Source: a plasmid. From it: DNA of 10,479 nucleotides. The notes beneath the pieces were generated by a model. It was given only the letters and a program-made list of their open reading frames with translations. It did not search any database and had not been told where the DNA came from. Below, in pieces: positions 4,570-10,479 of the stretch. How positions within the stretch are numbered: the stretch's first letter is position 1; each line of letters opens with the position of its first letter. The DNA is taken from sequence record NZ_CP022360.1. One strand, 5' to 3'. A program made the translations under genes and the position numbers.

Positions 4570-5262
4570 ATGAATTCAAAACTTGCAGTAACGAAAGCAA
4601 ATAGCCTTTTAGATGCTCGATATAGACTTAATGTACAAGCACAAAAGTTGGTTTTAGCCTGTCTGAGCAAGGTAGATCCTCGACCAGATTCAACCCCGTT
4701 AAAAGAGGTCAGGTTATCAGCCCTAGAATTCTCAGAACTTATGGGGATAGATATAAAAAACGCGCATAGAGAGCTATACAAAGCGGCAGATTTACTTTTT
4801 AAATCAACCATAACGCTCTATGAGAACGGTGAAGAAATAGAACTATATTGGATTCAAGAAAAAGCAAAAAAAATTAAAGGTGATGGTGCAGTTAGGTTGG
4901 TTTGGTCTGATCGCGTATTAAAATACATAACTCAGCTAAAGAGTAATTTTACTACCTACAAATTACGCAACATCGCAAATCTTCAGTCTGCACACTCGAT
5001 CCGTCTTTACGAACTGCTTTCACGTTTTAACGACAAAAACTTTAGAAACATTAGTCTAGATGATTTCAGATACGCATTAGGCGTCGATGATAAATATCCG
5101 CTTTTCAAAGATCTAAATAAATGGGTGATAAAGCCTTCCGTTCAAGAATTAAACCAGCGGAGCGATCTTGTTATCACATACGAAACCATCAAACATGGAA
5201 GGAACGTAACCGCACTAGCTTTCACCCTGAAACCAAACAAACAGTTGAAAATGGATCTCTAG
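4570..5262 (+). CDS. repA: Replication initiator protein, Rep_3 (RepA/RepB iteron-binding) family, 230 aa
   Basis: N-terminal NSLLDARYRLNVQAQKLVLACL is the hallmark Rep_3 motif. Iterons and DnaA boxes lie immediately upstream. No obvious SD. Confidence 0.9.
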   Translation: MNSKLAVTKANSLLDARYRLNVQAQKLVLACLSKVDPRPDSTPLKEVRLSALEFSELMGIDIKNAHRELYKAADLLFKSTITLYENGEEIELYWIQEKAKKIKGDGAVRLVWSDRVLKYITQLKSNFTTYKLRNIANLQSAHSIRLYELLSRFNDKNFRNISLDDFRYALGVDDKYPLFKDLNKWVIKPSVQELNQRSDLVITYETIKHGRNVTALAFTLKPNKQLKMDL

Positions 5263-5356
5263 AAACACCTAGGAAAGTTGTAGCATTCACACACATTAGA
5301 CATAATGAAACACATGCAACACCACCGGTCCATTGACCATAAATTGGATGCAACAC

Positions 5357-5803
5357 ATGGCAAAGTTAAATCTAAGTCAGGCTGCTAAAGTAGTAGGTAA
5401 GAACAGGGTTACACTTTGGCGACACATCAACGCTGGCAAGCTTTCAGCAGAAAGAGACCGTGACGGAAATCCATTAGTTGATACATCAGAACTACTTCGT
5501 GTTTATGGAGTGCTGAAACAAGATGCAACACATGAATCAGAAAAAAAGCAACACAATGAAACACCATCATATGAAGAGCTTTTGCAGCTAGTAAAAGAAA
5601 TGCGGAAAGAGCAATCTGAAATGAAATCGCTCATTCTCGACTTAAGCAATAGGCTTGAATACAAACCAGAAAACCCAACATTTCAACATGATTATGTAAC
5701 GAAATCAAAGCCTGAATCAGACCCTGAGTGGCCAAAAGAAGTTAAAACGCTAGCAGATATAATGTTAAGAAATGAAATTAAGGCTAAATACCTCAAAGAC
5801 TAG
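5357..5803 (+). CDS. Helix-turn-helix DNA-binding protein, about 148 aa, immediately downstream of repA (RepB-like accessory gene, as seen in Rep_3 small plasmids); acidic/charged C-terminal half
   Basis: MAKLNLSQAAKVVGKNRVTLWRHINAGKLSA has an HTH signature. Alternative in-frame starts at 5348 (ATG) and 5333 (TTG) cannot be excluded. Confidence 0.7.
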   Translation: MAKLNLSQAAKVVGKNRVTLWRHINAGKLSAERDRDGNPLVDTSELLRVYGVLKQDATHESEKKQHNETPSYEELLQLVKEMRKEQSEMKSLILDLSNRLEYKPENPTFQHDYVTKSKPESDPEWPKEVKTLADIMLRNEIKAKYLKD

Positions 5804-5944
5804 CATTAAACGCTCCCCTAGCCTCAATAGCTACCTTCACGTTGGTGTGCTTCTTGTTGGCTATAGCGCATACTTTGGATAGTAAGGTGCTCATATCGTC
5901 CCTCTTAAAAACAATCCCCATTGATAAACGATAGAGTGTGATAA

Positions 5945-5959
5945 TTTTGCAATGCAAAA
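5945..5959. repeat. Palindrome family copy 4, inverted orientation (TTTTGCAATGCAAAA); its reverse complement carries the same TTATC flank as copies 1 and 2. Lies 36 nt beyond the toxin stop.
   Basis: Central base A versus T, plus the flank, define orientation. Confidence 0.85.
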
Positions 5960-5994
5960 ATGTATTACAATTGAAATACACAAATAAGTGAAGA

Positions 5995-6351
5995 TTACTT
6001 ATAAACCAAGCAATGATTAATCAACTGATTCTGTATACTTTGCCGTTGGCTCAAAAAAAGTAGCACTGTAATAAGGGCTTCACCATTAACGTAGCTAACC
6101 TCGTACAGTATTCTAAAGTCCTCTTTAATCGCATGCCTTACCTGAGTAACGCCAAGCTCAACTAACTCTTGGCATAACGCATGGCTCAAAGGATTTTGCG
6201 TCACGGATGATTCAAAGGCATCAATAACAGCCTCAATTCTCTCGATAATCGAGATCTCGTCATTCCATTGGGAGTAGTGAGATATGGCGCTATCTACGGT
6301 GTCTTCAAATGTCTTGGTATATTCCAGTTTCACCACAGACATACTACTCAT
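5995..6351 (-). CDS. RelE/ParE-superfamily toxin (partner of the Phd/YefM antitoxin), 115-118 aa
   Basis: N-terminal VKLEYTKTFEDTVD and C-terminal DFRILYEV...ITVLLFLSQRQ fit the RelE/ParE pattern. The start overlaps or abuts the antitoxin stop: ATG at 6351 or, better supported by the SD, ATG at 6342. Confidence 0.7.
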   Translation of the reverse strand: MSSMSVVKLEYTKTFEDTVDSAISHYSQWNDEISIIERIEAVIDAFESSVTQNPLSHALCQELVELGVTQVRHAIKEDFRILYEVSYVNGEALITVLLFLSQRQSIQNQLINHCLVYK

Positions 6352-6601
6352 CCTTTAAAGCGAGTTTACGATTAGCCAAACGCTCCTTGAATACACTTGA
6401 TGAGATCGTGCGACCATTTTGTTGATCACTTTTCGCAAAACTGACCAACTTCAGTAAAGCAATCGCCTCATCGCGTCGATTTCTATCAGCAACCGACTCA
6501 ATAACGTAAGCAGGGACACCATTTTGAGTAATAATCATCGGCTCATCGAGGGGCAAACTCGCTGCATTTTTCTTCAAAAAACTGATTGTTTCTATGTTCA
6601 T
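6344..6601 (-). CDS. Phd/YefM-family antitoxin, 85 aa
   Basis: MNIETISFLKKNAASLPLDEPMIITQNGVPAYVIESVADRNRRDEAIALLKL is a typical Phd/YefM N-domain. The gene is upstream of, and overlapping, the toxin gene. Confidence 0.85.
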   Translation of the reverse strand: MNIETISFLKKNAASLPLDEPMIITQNGVPAYVIESVADRNRRDEAIALLKLVSFAKSDQQNGRTISSSVFKERLANRKLALKDE

Positions 6602-6733
6602 AAGTTTGTGCCTGGTTGATTGATTAGAAATAAGGGAACCCCATTCACTATGGCAATAATCATATCATGCGACACACTAAAGACCAAAAAAAGACCAAAT
6701 TTAGCCTTTCTTTAATGAGGTAATGTTAATGCA

Positions 6734-6752
6734 TTTTTTGCATTGCAAAAAA
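6734..6752. repeat. Palindrome family copy 5: TTTTTTGCATTGCAAAAAA (19 bp), 11 nt after the stop of the small recombinase gene. Its left flank TGTTAATGCAT resembles the left flank of the reverse-complemented copy 4 (TGTAATACAT).
   Basis: Exact palindrome. Confidence 0.85.
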
Positions 6753-6762
6753 GGATATCGAC

Positions 6763-7395
6763 TTACCCCCAAGCATTCATCACTAAGCTGTGCCGTTCTT
6801 CACTCAGTACCTGCAGATAAATTTCCGTGGTTTTACTGTCGCTATGGCCCATGAGTTGACTGATCACATGCAGAGGTACTGGAGGATTAGCCGTGACCAT
6901 TGCCACGCCAAAGCCATGCCGTAAACCTTTACCGGTCGCTTGCGCCCCCACAATACCCGCTCTGTGCATGACACGTTTCACTAGGCGATAAGCGGTAGGT
7001 CGACTCTGCGGCCATAACAGACTATCAGCATGAATCTCACGGCGTAGCTGTGCACGCAGGCCAAACACCAAATCCAAGTGCTCAATCAAAGACGGCGGCA
7101 CCGGCACACTGCGATACTGTGCTTGCTTCAACCGGCCATGGGGATCTGTTTTGTGTTTCTTAAGGGAACGAATAACGATTGCCGCATCCTCGACCATCAC
7201 ATGCCTGGGCGAGATCGCTAATGCCTCAGACGGGCGACAACCGGTGTAATGCAGGACATGGCAAAACATCCGCTCACTTGGCGATTCTAAGGCACTGGCA
7301 TCGAGGAAACGCCGCCGTTCTTCAGCGGTTAAATACAACCGCTCACCATCAGGCGTAAATAGGCGCATTTCAGGGGCAATATCGGGGTTTTGCAT
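6763..7395 (-). CDS. Small tyrosine recombinase, catalytic domain only, 210 aa, FimB/FimE-like in size and layout
   Basis: R (CRPSEAL), K (KKHKTD), GLRHGFG (H-x-x-R), MGHSDSKTTEIYLQV (His/Tyr). The LTAEERRRFLDA...TGCRPSE segment parallels the FimB N-terminus. No clear SD; the start could instead be the Met 9 codons downstream (MRLF...). Confidence 0.8.
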   Translation of the reverse strand: MQNPDIAPEMRLFTPDGERLYLTAEERRRFLDASALESPSERMFCHVLHYTGCRPSEALAISPRHVMVEDAAIVIRSLKKHKTDPHGRLKQAQYRSVPVPPSLIEHLDLVFGLRAQLRREIHADSLLWPQSRPTAYRLVKRVMHRAGIVGAQATGKGLRHGFGVAMVTANPPVPLHVISQLMGHSDSKTTEIYLQVLSEERHSLVMNAWG

Positions 7396-7399
7396 GGGG

Positions 7400-7430
7400 T
7401 TGAATCAGTTCTCTAGAGATTTGATTCATC
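7400..7430. repeat. Near-palindrome TGAATCA-gt-TCTCTAGAGA-tt-TGATTCA immediately upstream of the small recombinase gene
   Basis: 7-bp arms plus a 10-bp central palindrome. Confidence 0.7.
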
Positions 7431-7493
7431 TTAAGGGAAAAAACCGCCCCAGAATAGCCGCAAACGGGGCAATAGGGCGGGTTTTAGGGGCTC

Positions 7494-7524
7494 GCGTGAA
7501 TCAGTCTGGTGTAGAGTGATTCAC
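7494..7524. repeat. Inverted repeat CGTGAATCAGTC-tggtgta-GAGTGATTCACG (12-7-12 with one mismatch; 9 bp perfect), a layout like a tyrosine-recombinase core site
   Basis: Read directly. A GC-rich hairpin-prone segment (7438-7490) separates it from the 7400-7430 repeat. Confidence 0.7.
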
Positions 7525-7535
7525 GAACTCGGTAA

Positions 7536-7967
7536 TTAACAAACGCATGATGTGTTAGTTTTTTCATTGAGATAATCGATTGCGAATTCAATATAAGACA
7601 ACAAATCCTCTACGTATCTAGGGAAAGAATACTCGGCATCATCAGGTTCTAAGTTTATTGTAGGTAACAACGAAATATCAATTTCATCGTTAAAATGCGG
7701 GTATATTTTATGTGTAAGGTAATTACGACGAACAATTATAAACGATAAGATCTCACTAAGTTCATCAGTCACTAATTCAGATGATTTACAAGTACTAGCA
7801 AGCTGACCTAGCATTGCTCGTTCGAGATCATATTTGACCTGAATATTAGCGGTGAGAACAACAGATTTTAGAGCTGACTCCAATTTACCAGACATCAAAA
7901 TCAGACGCCCCAAGCTTTCACAAAATCTCTCGCTCTTAAGCAACTCTTCATAAAAATCTAGAGACAT
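7536..7967 (-). CDS. Hypothetical alpha-helical protein, 143 aa, with an R-N-x-x-x-H-x-x-Y motif (RRNYLTHKIY) like HEPN RNase active sites; function unknown
   Basis: ATG at 7967 with AGGGGT about 9 nt upstream. The ORF-track start at 8051 has no SD, so it is less likely. 20-nt gap to the upstream gene, so operon-like. Confidence 0.6.
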   Translation of the reverse strand: MSLDFYEELLKSERFCESLGRLILMSGKLESALKSVVLTANIQVKYDLERAMLGQLASTCKSSELVTDELSEILSFIIVRRNYLTHKIYPHFNDEIDISLLPTINLEPDDAEYSFPRYVEDLLSYIEFAIDYLNEKTNTSCVC

Positions 7968-8071
7968 GATGCGATTACCCCTGAACACATAATAACCAAA
8001 TAATAAACTGCTGCCGAACACTTTAACAGTTAGTTTGTCTTTAAAAATCATTCGTTTTCAACAAAAAATCG

Positions 8072-8605
8072 CTATTCTTGAATAAGTTTTTGCCATTCCA
8101 TATTTAGAGTATCAAAAGCCGCTTTGCTCCCTGTAAAATCAACAATTCCTTGTTCTATCCGGTAAGCACTTGAGCCAGAACGATGTTTAACAGGTGCAGT
8201 TGTAACCTCAAATCTTACTTGGCTTTCATCCATTTTTATAAAGCTTTCTTCAGTTAGTGAATCTAGCAACTGATTTTTGAATAAACATTTTGTACTACCC
8301 CTATATTTTTGTGAGCCATAAAAACTAAGATATAAGTCCCTCTCTGAAAAAATGGATTTATTTATATATCCATAAAAACCTTTACCCCCAAAACACCAAA
8401 CAAGCCCAACTGGAATTGTAGGTAACTCACCAATTGCAGGCTTGATCAACATTAGGCTTACAGAATCACCATTTTGAATTTTCCATAAATACCAACCTTG
8501 GTATTTATGGATCAAATTAACAAAAAATCCAAGGCTATATTCTTCATAATAGCCCACATCAAAATCACGCTCTGATGAGCCCCAAAATTTAGATAACCAC
8601 CCCAT
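8072..8605 (-). CDS. Hypothetical protein, 177 aa, aromatic-rich (many W/Y/F), no recognisable motif
   Basis: ATG at 8605 with GAAGGTG 5 nt upstream. Clean ORF. Confidence 0.7.
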   Translation of the reverse strand: MGWLSKFWGSSERDFDVGYYEEYSLGFFVNLIHKYQGWYLWKIQNGDSVSLMLIKPAIGELPTIPVGLVWCFGGKGFYGYINKSIFSERDLYLSFYGSQKYRGSTKCLFKNQLLDSLTEESFIKMDESQVRFEVTTAPVKHRSGSSAYRIEQGIVDFTGSKAAFDTLNMEWQKLIQE

Positions 8606-8722
8606 ATAACACCTTCATATCATTACATTCTAGCTATAAAAACTGTTGAAGATTACGAAAGCAACGATCGCACCGAAGGAGCGAATAAACTCAAACACAG
8701 CAGTTATAACTACCGCAACTTA

Positions 8723-9232
8723 CTAAAAATCGTTAATGCCTCCGATTGAATCTTCGCTTCGCAAGATAGTCTCAAATGTTTTTGCCATTAATCCAAATTT
8801 TACTAAAATTTGGTCGTATCCATACTTGGATGGCAATGTCCATGCAACACATTCGGAGCCAGCAGGTACACCGGATAGAAGTTCGAGTTGTAATCGAGCT
8901 TTACCATCTTTTGCAAGAAATCTAATATCATAGCTAGAGTAACAGTATGGGCTGATCGCTGAGTCAATCATCTTCCACTGAACAAGCCCTTTACCAATTA
9001 AAGAACCTTCAGATTCATCCTCAACTCTCATTACTTCCTTGCTATCACCATAAACTGTAGCAATGTGATTTCTGGCTTTTTTCCACAATTCAAGCTTCTC
9101 ACCCTTTAAGTCTAAAAAGGTATAAATTTGTGGTTGGATATCTGATTGTGATATTGGATAACTTGATGAATCAGTGCTTGTACAACCTTGTATTGAAAAA
9201 GTAAGTAAAAGGCTAAAAATTATATTCTTCAT
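8723..9232 (-). CDS. Putative lipoprotein, 169 aa: signal peptide MKNIIFSLLLTFSIQG followed by Cys
   Basis: ATG at 9232 with GGAG 8 nt upstream. A hydrophobic h-region is followed by an IQGC lipobox-like motif. Confidence 0.65.
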   Translation of the reverse strand: MKNIIFSLLLTFSIQGCTSTDSSSYPISQSDIQPQIYTFLDLKGEKLELWKKARNHIATVYGDSKEVMRVEDESEGSLIGKGLVQWKMIDSAISPYCYSSYDIRFLAKDGKARLQLELLSGVPAGSECVAWTLPSKYGYDQILVKFGLMAKTFETILRSEDSIGGINDF

Positions 9233-9710
9233 TTAATAAACTCCGAAACTTAATTTGCTTGCTAAGATTTATTAATCTGCATACGTGTCTAACTTATTAG
9301 ATAGAAAATCGCGCACTTTTTAAGACAAACGTATCAGTTTTTCGTCAAATACGCTATGCGCATCCGGCGTTTTTCAACGCCTATTATCTAACCTACATAA
9401 AATTTAAATAATTAAATTTTAATTGTTTTATCTTTATAGCCTTGGGATAACGCATACGTATATTGACTAAAATGCATTCGAAAATAAGAAATTTTGAATA
9501 TAACCGTATAACGATTATGTTTTGACACTAGTAGTGAATAACGCCGAGCAGAAAAATTGTAGGCCAATGAGATAACCAGTGTCTGGTTAAGCGCTCGGCA
9601 CTCAGGCAGTTAGGGAAAAGCGCATTAACCCGAAGCCAGCGTAAAATGACGGCATTTGGGTCTGATTCACTAAAATGTGGGCCTAATTAGCAATGGCAAA
9701 TAGCTCTGTG

Positions 9711-9745
9711 TTGATTACTATAAATCAAAAGTGTACAATGTACAC
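9711..9745 (+). promoter_or_regulatory. Sigma70 promoter TTGATT (9711-9716), 17-nt spacer, TACAAT (9734-9739) for the toxin-antitoxin operon. Two operator-like palindromes: TTGATTactataAATCAA (9711-9728) over the -35 and GTGTACA-A-TGTACAC (9731-9745) over the -10.
   Basis: Read directly from the sequence. Confidence 0.7.
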
Positions 9746-9773
9746 CTTGAGGGTAGCATAAGGATTTTGATTA

Positions 9774-10109
9774 GTGAGCCATGCTATTGAGTTTGTCGAA
9801 ACCTCGATCTTTACAAGACAGATCAAAGAACTTGCAACAGATGACGAACTAAAGGATTTGCAAGCAGAGCTTATTGCTCAGCCAGATAAAGGCGATATTA
9901 TCAAAGGTACAGGTGGCTTACGAAAGGTTAGAATGGCTGTAGGCAACAAAGGGAAGAGTGGCAGTATACGAGTGCTATACGTCCTTGCTCTGGCCGACAA
10001 GATTTACCTGGTACTCGCTTATCCAAAATCAGTTAAAGAGAGCCTAACTGCGGAAGAAAAGGCCAAGTTAAAACAAATCGTTCAATCACTTAAAGGAGAG
10101 AGCAAATGA
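9774..10109 (+). CDS. RelE/ParE-superfamily toxin, HigB-like / phage-related killer type, with toxin-first gene order, 111 aa
   Basis: GTG start with AAGGA 10 nt upstream. GGLRKVRMAVGNKGKSGSIRVLYVLALADKIYLVLAYPKS matches the G-G-x-R-K-x-R...GKSGG-x-RVIY...YPK pattern of this family. 4-nt overlap with the downstream HTH gene. Confidence 0.8.
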   Translation: MSHAIEFVETSIFTRQIKELATDDELKDLQAELIAQPDKGDIIKGTGGLRKVRMAVGNKGKSGSIRVLYVLALADKIYLVLAYPKSVKESLTAEEKAKLKQIVQSLKGESK

Positions 10110-10393
10110 GTATATTTAACGAACTTCAAGCCTCCCTTGAGGAAGCTGTAGAAATTCATCATGGCCTCAAAAAGCCCGCCAGAGTAACGCGTTATGAGGT
10201 TGCCGACGTTAAGTCAATCCGTGAAGATTTACTTAAAGTCACGCAGGCCGAATTTGCTGCGACTATGGGGGTCAGTTTAGACACAGTTAAAAGCTGGGAA
10301 GGTAAACGCCGCAATCCAGCAGGATTGGCAGCTAAAGTGCTTGCAACGATTCAGCAAGATCCCAAAATCTACGCTGTTCTTGCTGCTCATTAA
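10106..10393 (+). CDS. XRE-family HTH antitoxin (HigA-like), 95 aa
   Basis: VTQAEFAATMGVSLDTVKSWEGKRRNP is a classic HTH_XRE. ATGA overlap with the toxin gene. Confidence 0.85.
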   Translation: MSIFNELQASLEEAVEIHHGLKKPARVTRYEVADVKSIREDLLKVTQAEFAATMGVSLDTVKSWEGKRRNPAGLAAKVLATIQQDPKIYAVLAAH

Positions 10394-10398
10394 TATTA

Positions 10399-10425
10399 TT
10401 CAAAGGCTCTTCTTGGGCCTTTGAA
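10399..10425 (+). terminator. Hairpin TTCAAAGGC-tcttcttgg-GCCTTTGAA after the higA-like stop; weak terminator candidate with no long U-run
   Basis: 9-bp perfect stem. Confidence 0.35.
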
Positions 10426-10479
10426 TTAACCAACATCTTAAGCATTCGGTAGCTATGATAAATATGTTTGCTATACCGT

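Noticed and set aside
5793-5894. 33-aa ORF MSTLLSKVCAIANKKHTNVKVAIEARGAFNASL on the minus strand with a strong SD
   Set aside because: Not listed as a feature. The ORF-track version (5793..5981) starts inside the palindrome and has no SD. The shorter version is plausible but overlaps the end of the HTH gene and has no other support. It is mentioned under the replicon finding instead.
1-10479. Integron cassette array / attC (VCR-like) sites, given the several TA cassettes
   Set aside because: The recurring palindrome is only 15-19 bp with a 1-bp centre. It is not the 60-130 bp imperfect attC structure with R/L boxes. No integron-integrase signature was seen. The two recombinases look like generic tyrosine recombinases.
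1-10479. CRISPR arrays, tRNA/rRNA genes
   Set aside because: No regularly spaced 25-40 bp direct repeats with unique spacers (the iterons have identical spacers and sit at a rep gene). No tRNA-like T-arm/acceptor signatures were noticed.

Overview
The window reads as a plasmid-like, mobilisable accessory element from a low-GC Gram-negative bacterium, probably a gammaproteobacterium; the host cannot be named from sequence alone. Left to right: (i) a 32-aa hydrophobic peptide with a classic intrinsic terminator. (ii) A minus-strand operon of a TraJ-like ribbon-helix-helix protein plus a 3-TM membrane protein. (iii) An intergenic region carrying a close match to the IncP/RP4 oriT nick region (GGCCTACTTCAC..ATCCTG|CCC) with its imperfect inverted repeat. 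(iv) A solitary RHH antitoxin-like gene with a perfect palindromic operator. (v) A tyrosine recombinase plus a small Gly/Arg-motif protein driven by a consensus sigma70 promoter. (vi) About 1.3 kb with no credible CDS, full of palindromes, nested hairpins and a GC-rich island of GAA/GCA/AAA tri-loop mini-hairpins. (vii) A theta-type Rep_3 replicon (DnaA boxes, GATC-rich AT tract, three 34-bp-spaced iterons, repA, a RepB-like HTH gene). (viii) A Phd/YefM + RelE/ParE TA pair. (ix) A FimB/FimE-sized small tyrosine recombinase next to TGAATCA-type inverted repeats. (x) Three uncharacterised minus-strand genes: a lipoprotein, a 177-aa protein, and a 143-aa helical protein with an Rx4HxxY HEPN-like motif. 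(xi) A HigB-like toxin / HTH antitoxin pair with a textbook autoregulated promoter. Two cis-element families recur across modules. A 15-19 bp palindrome TTTTGCATTGCAAAA occurs five times, always at the 3' end of a minus-strand unit, with one inverted copy; two copies bracket the phd/parE cassette. A 15-22 bp element AGTTACA(A/C)AATCAAG sits at four promoter/RBS regions. No rRNA, tRNA or CRISPR was seen. All calls are by eye on the sequence; no searches were run.
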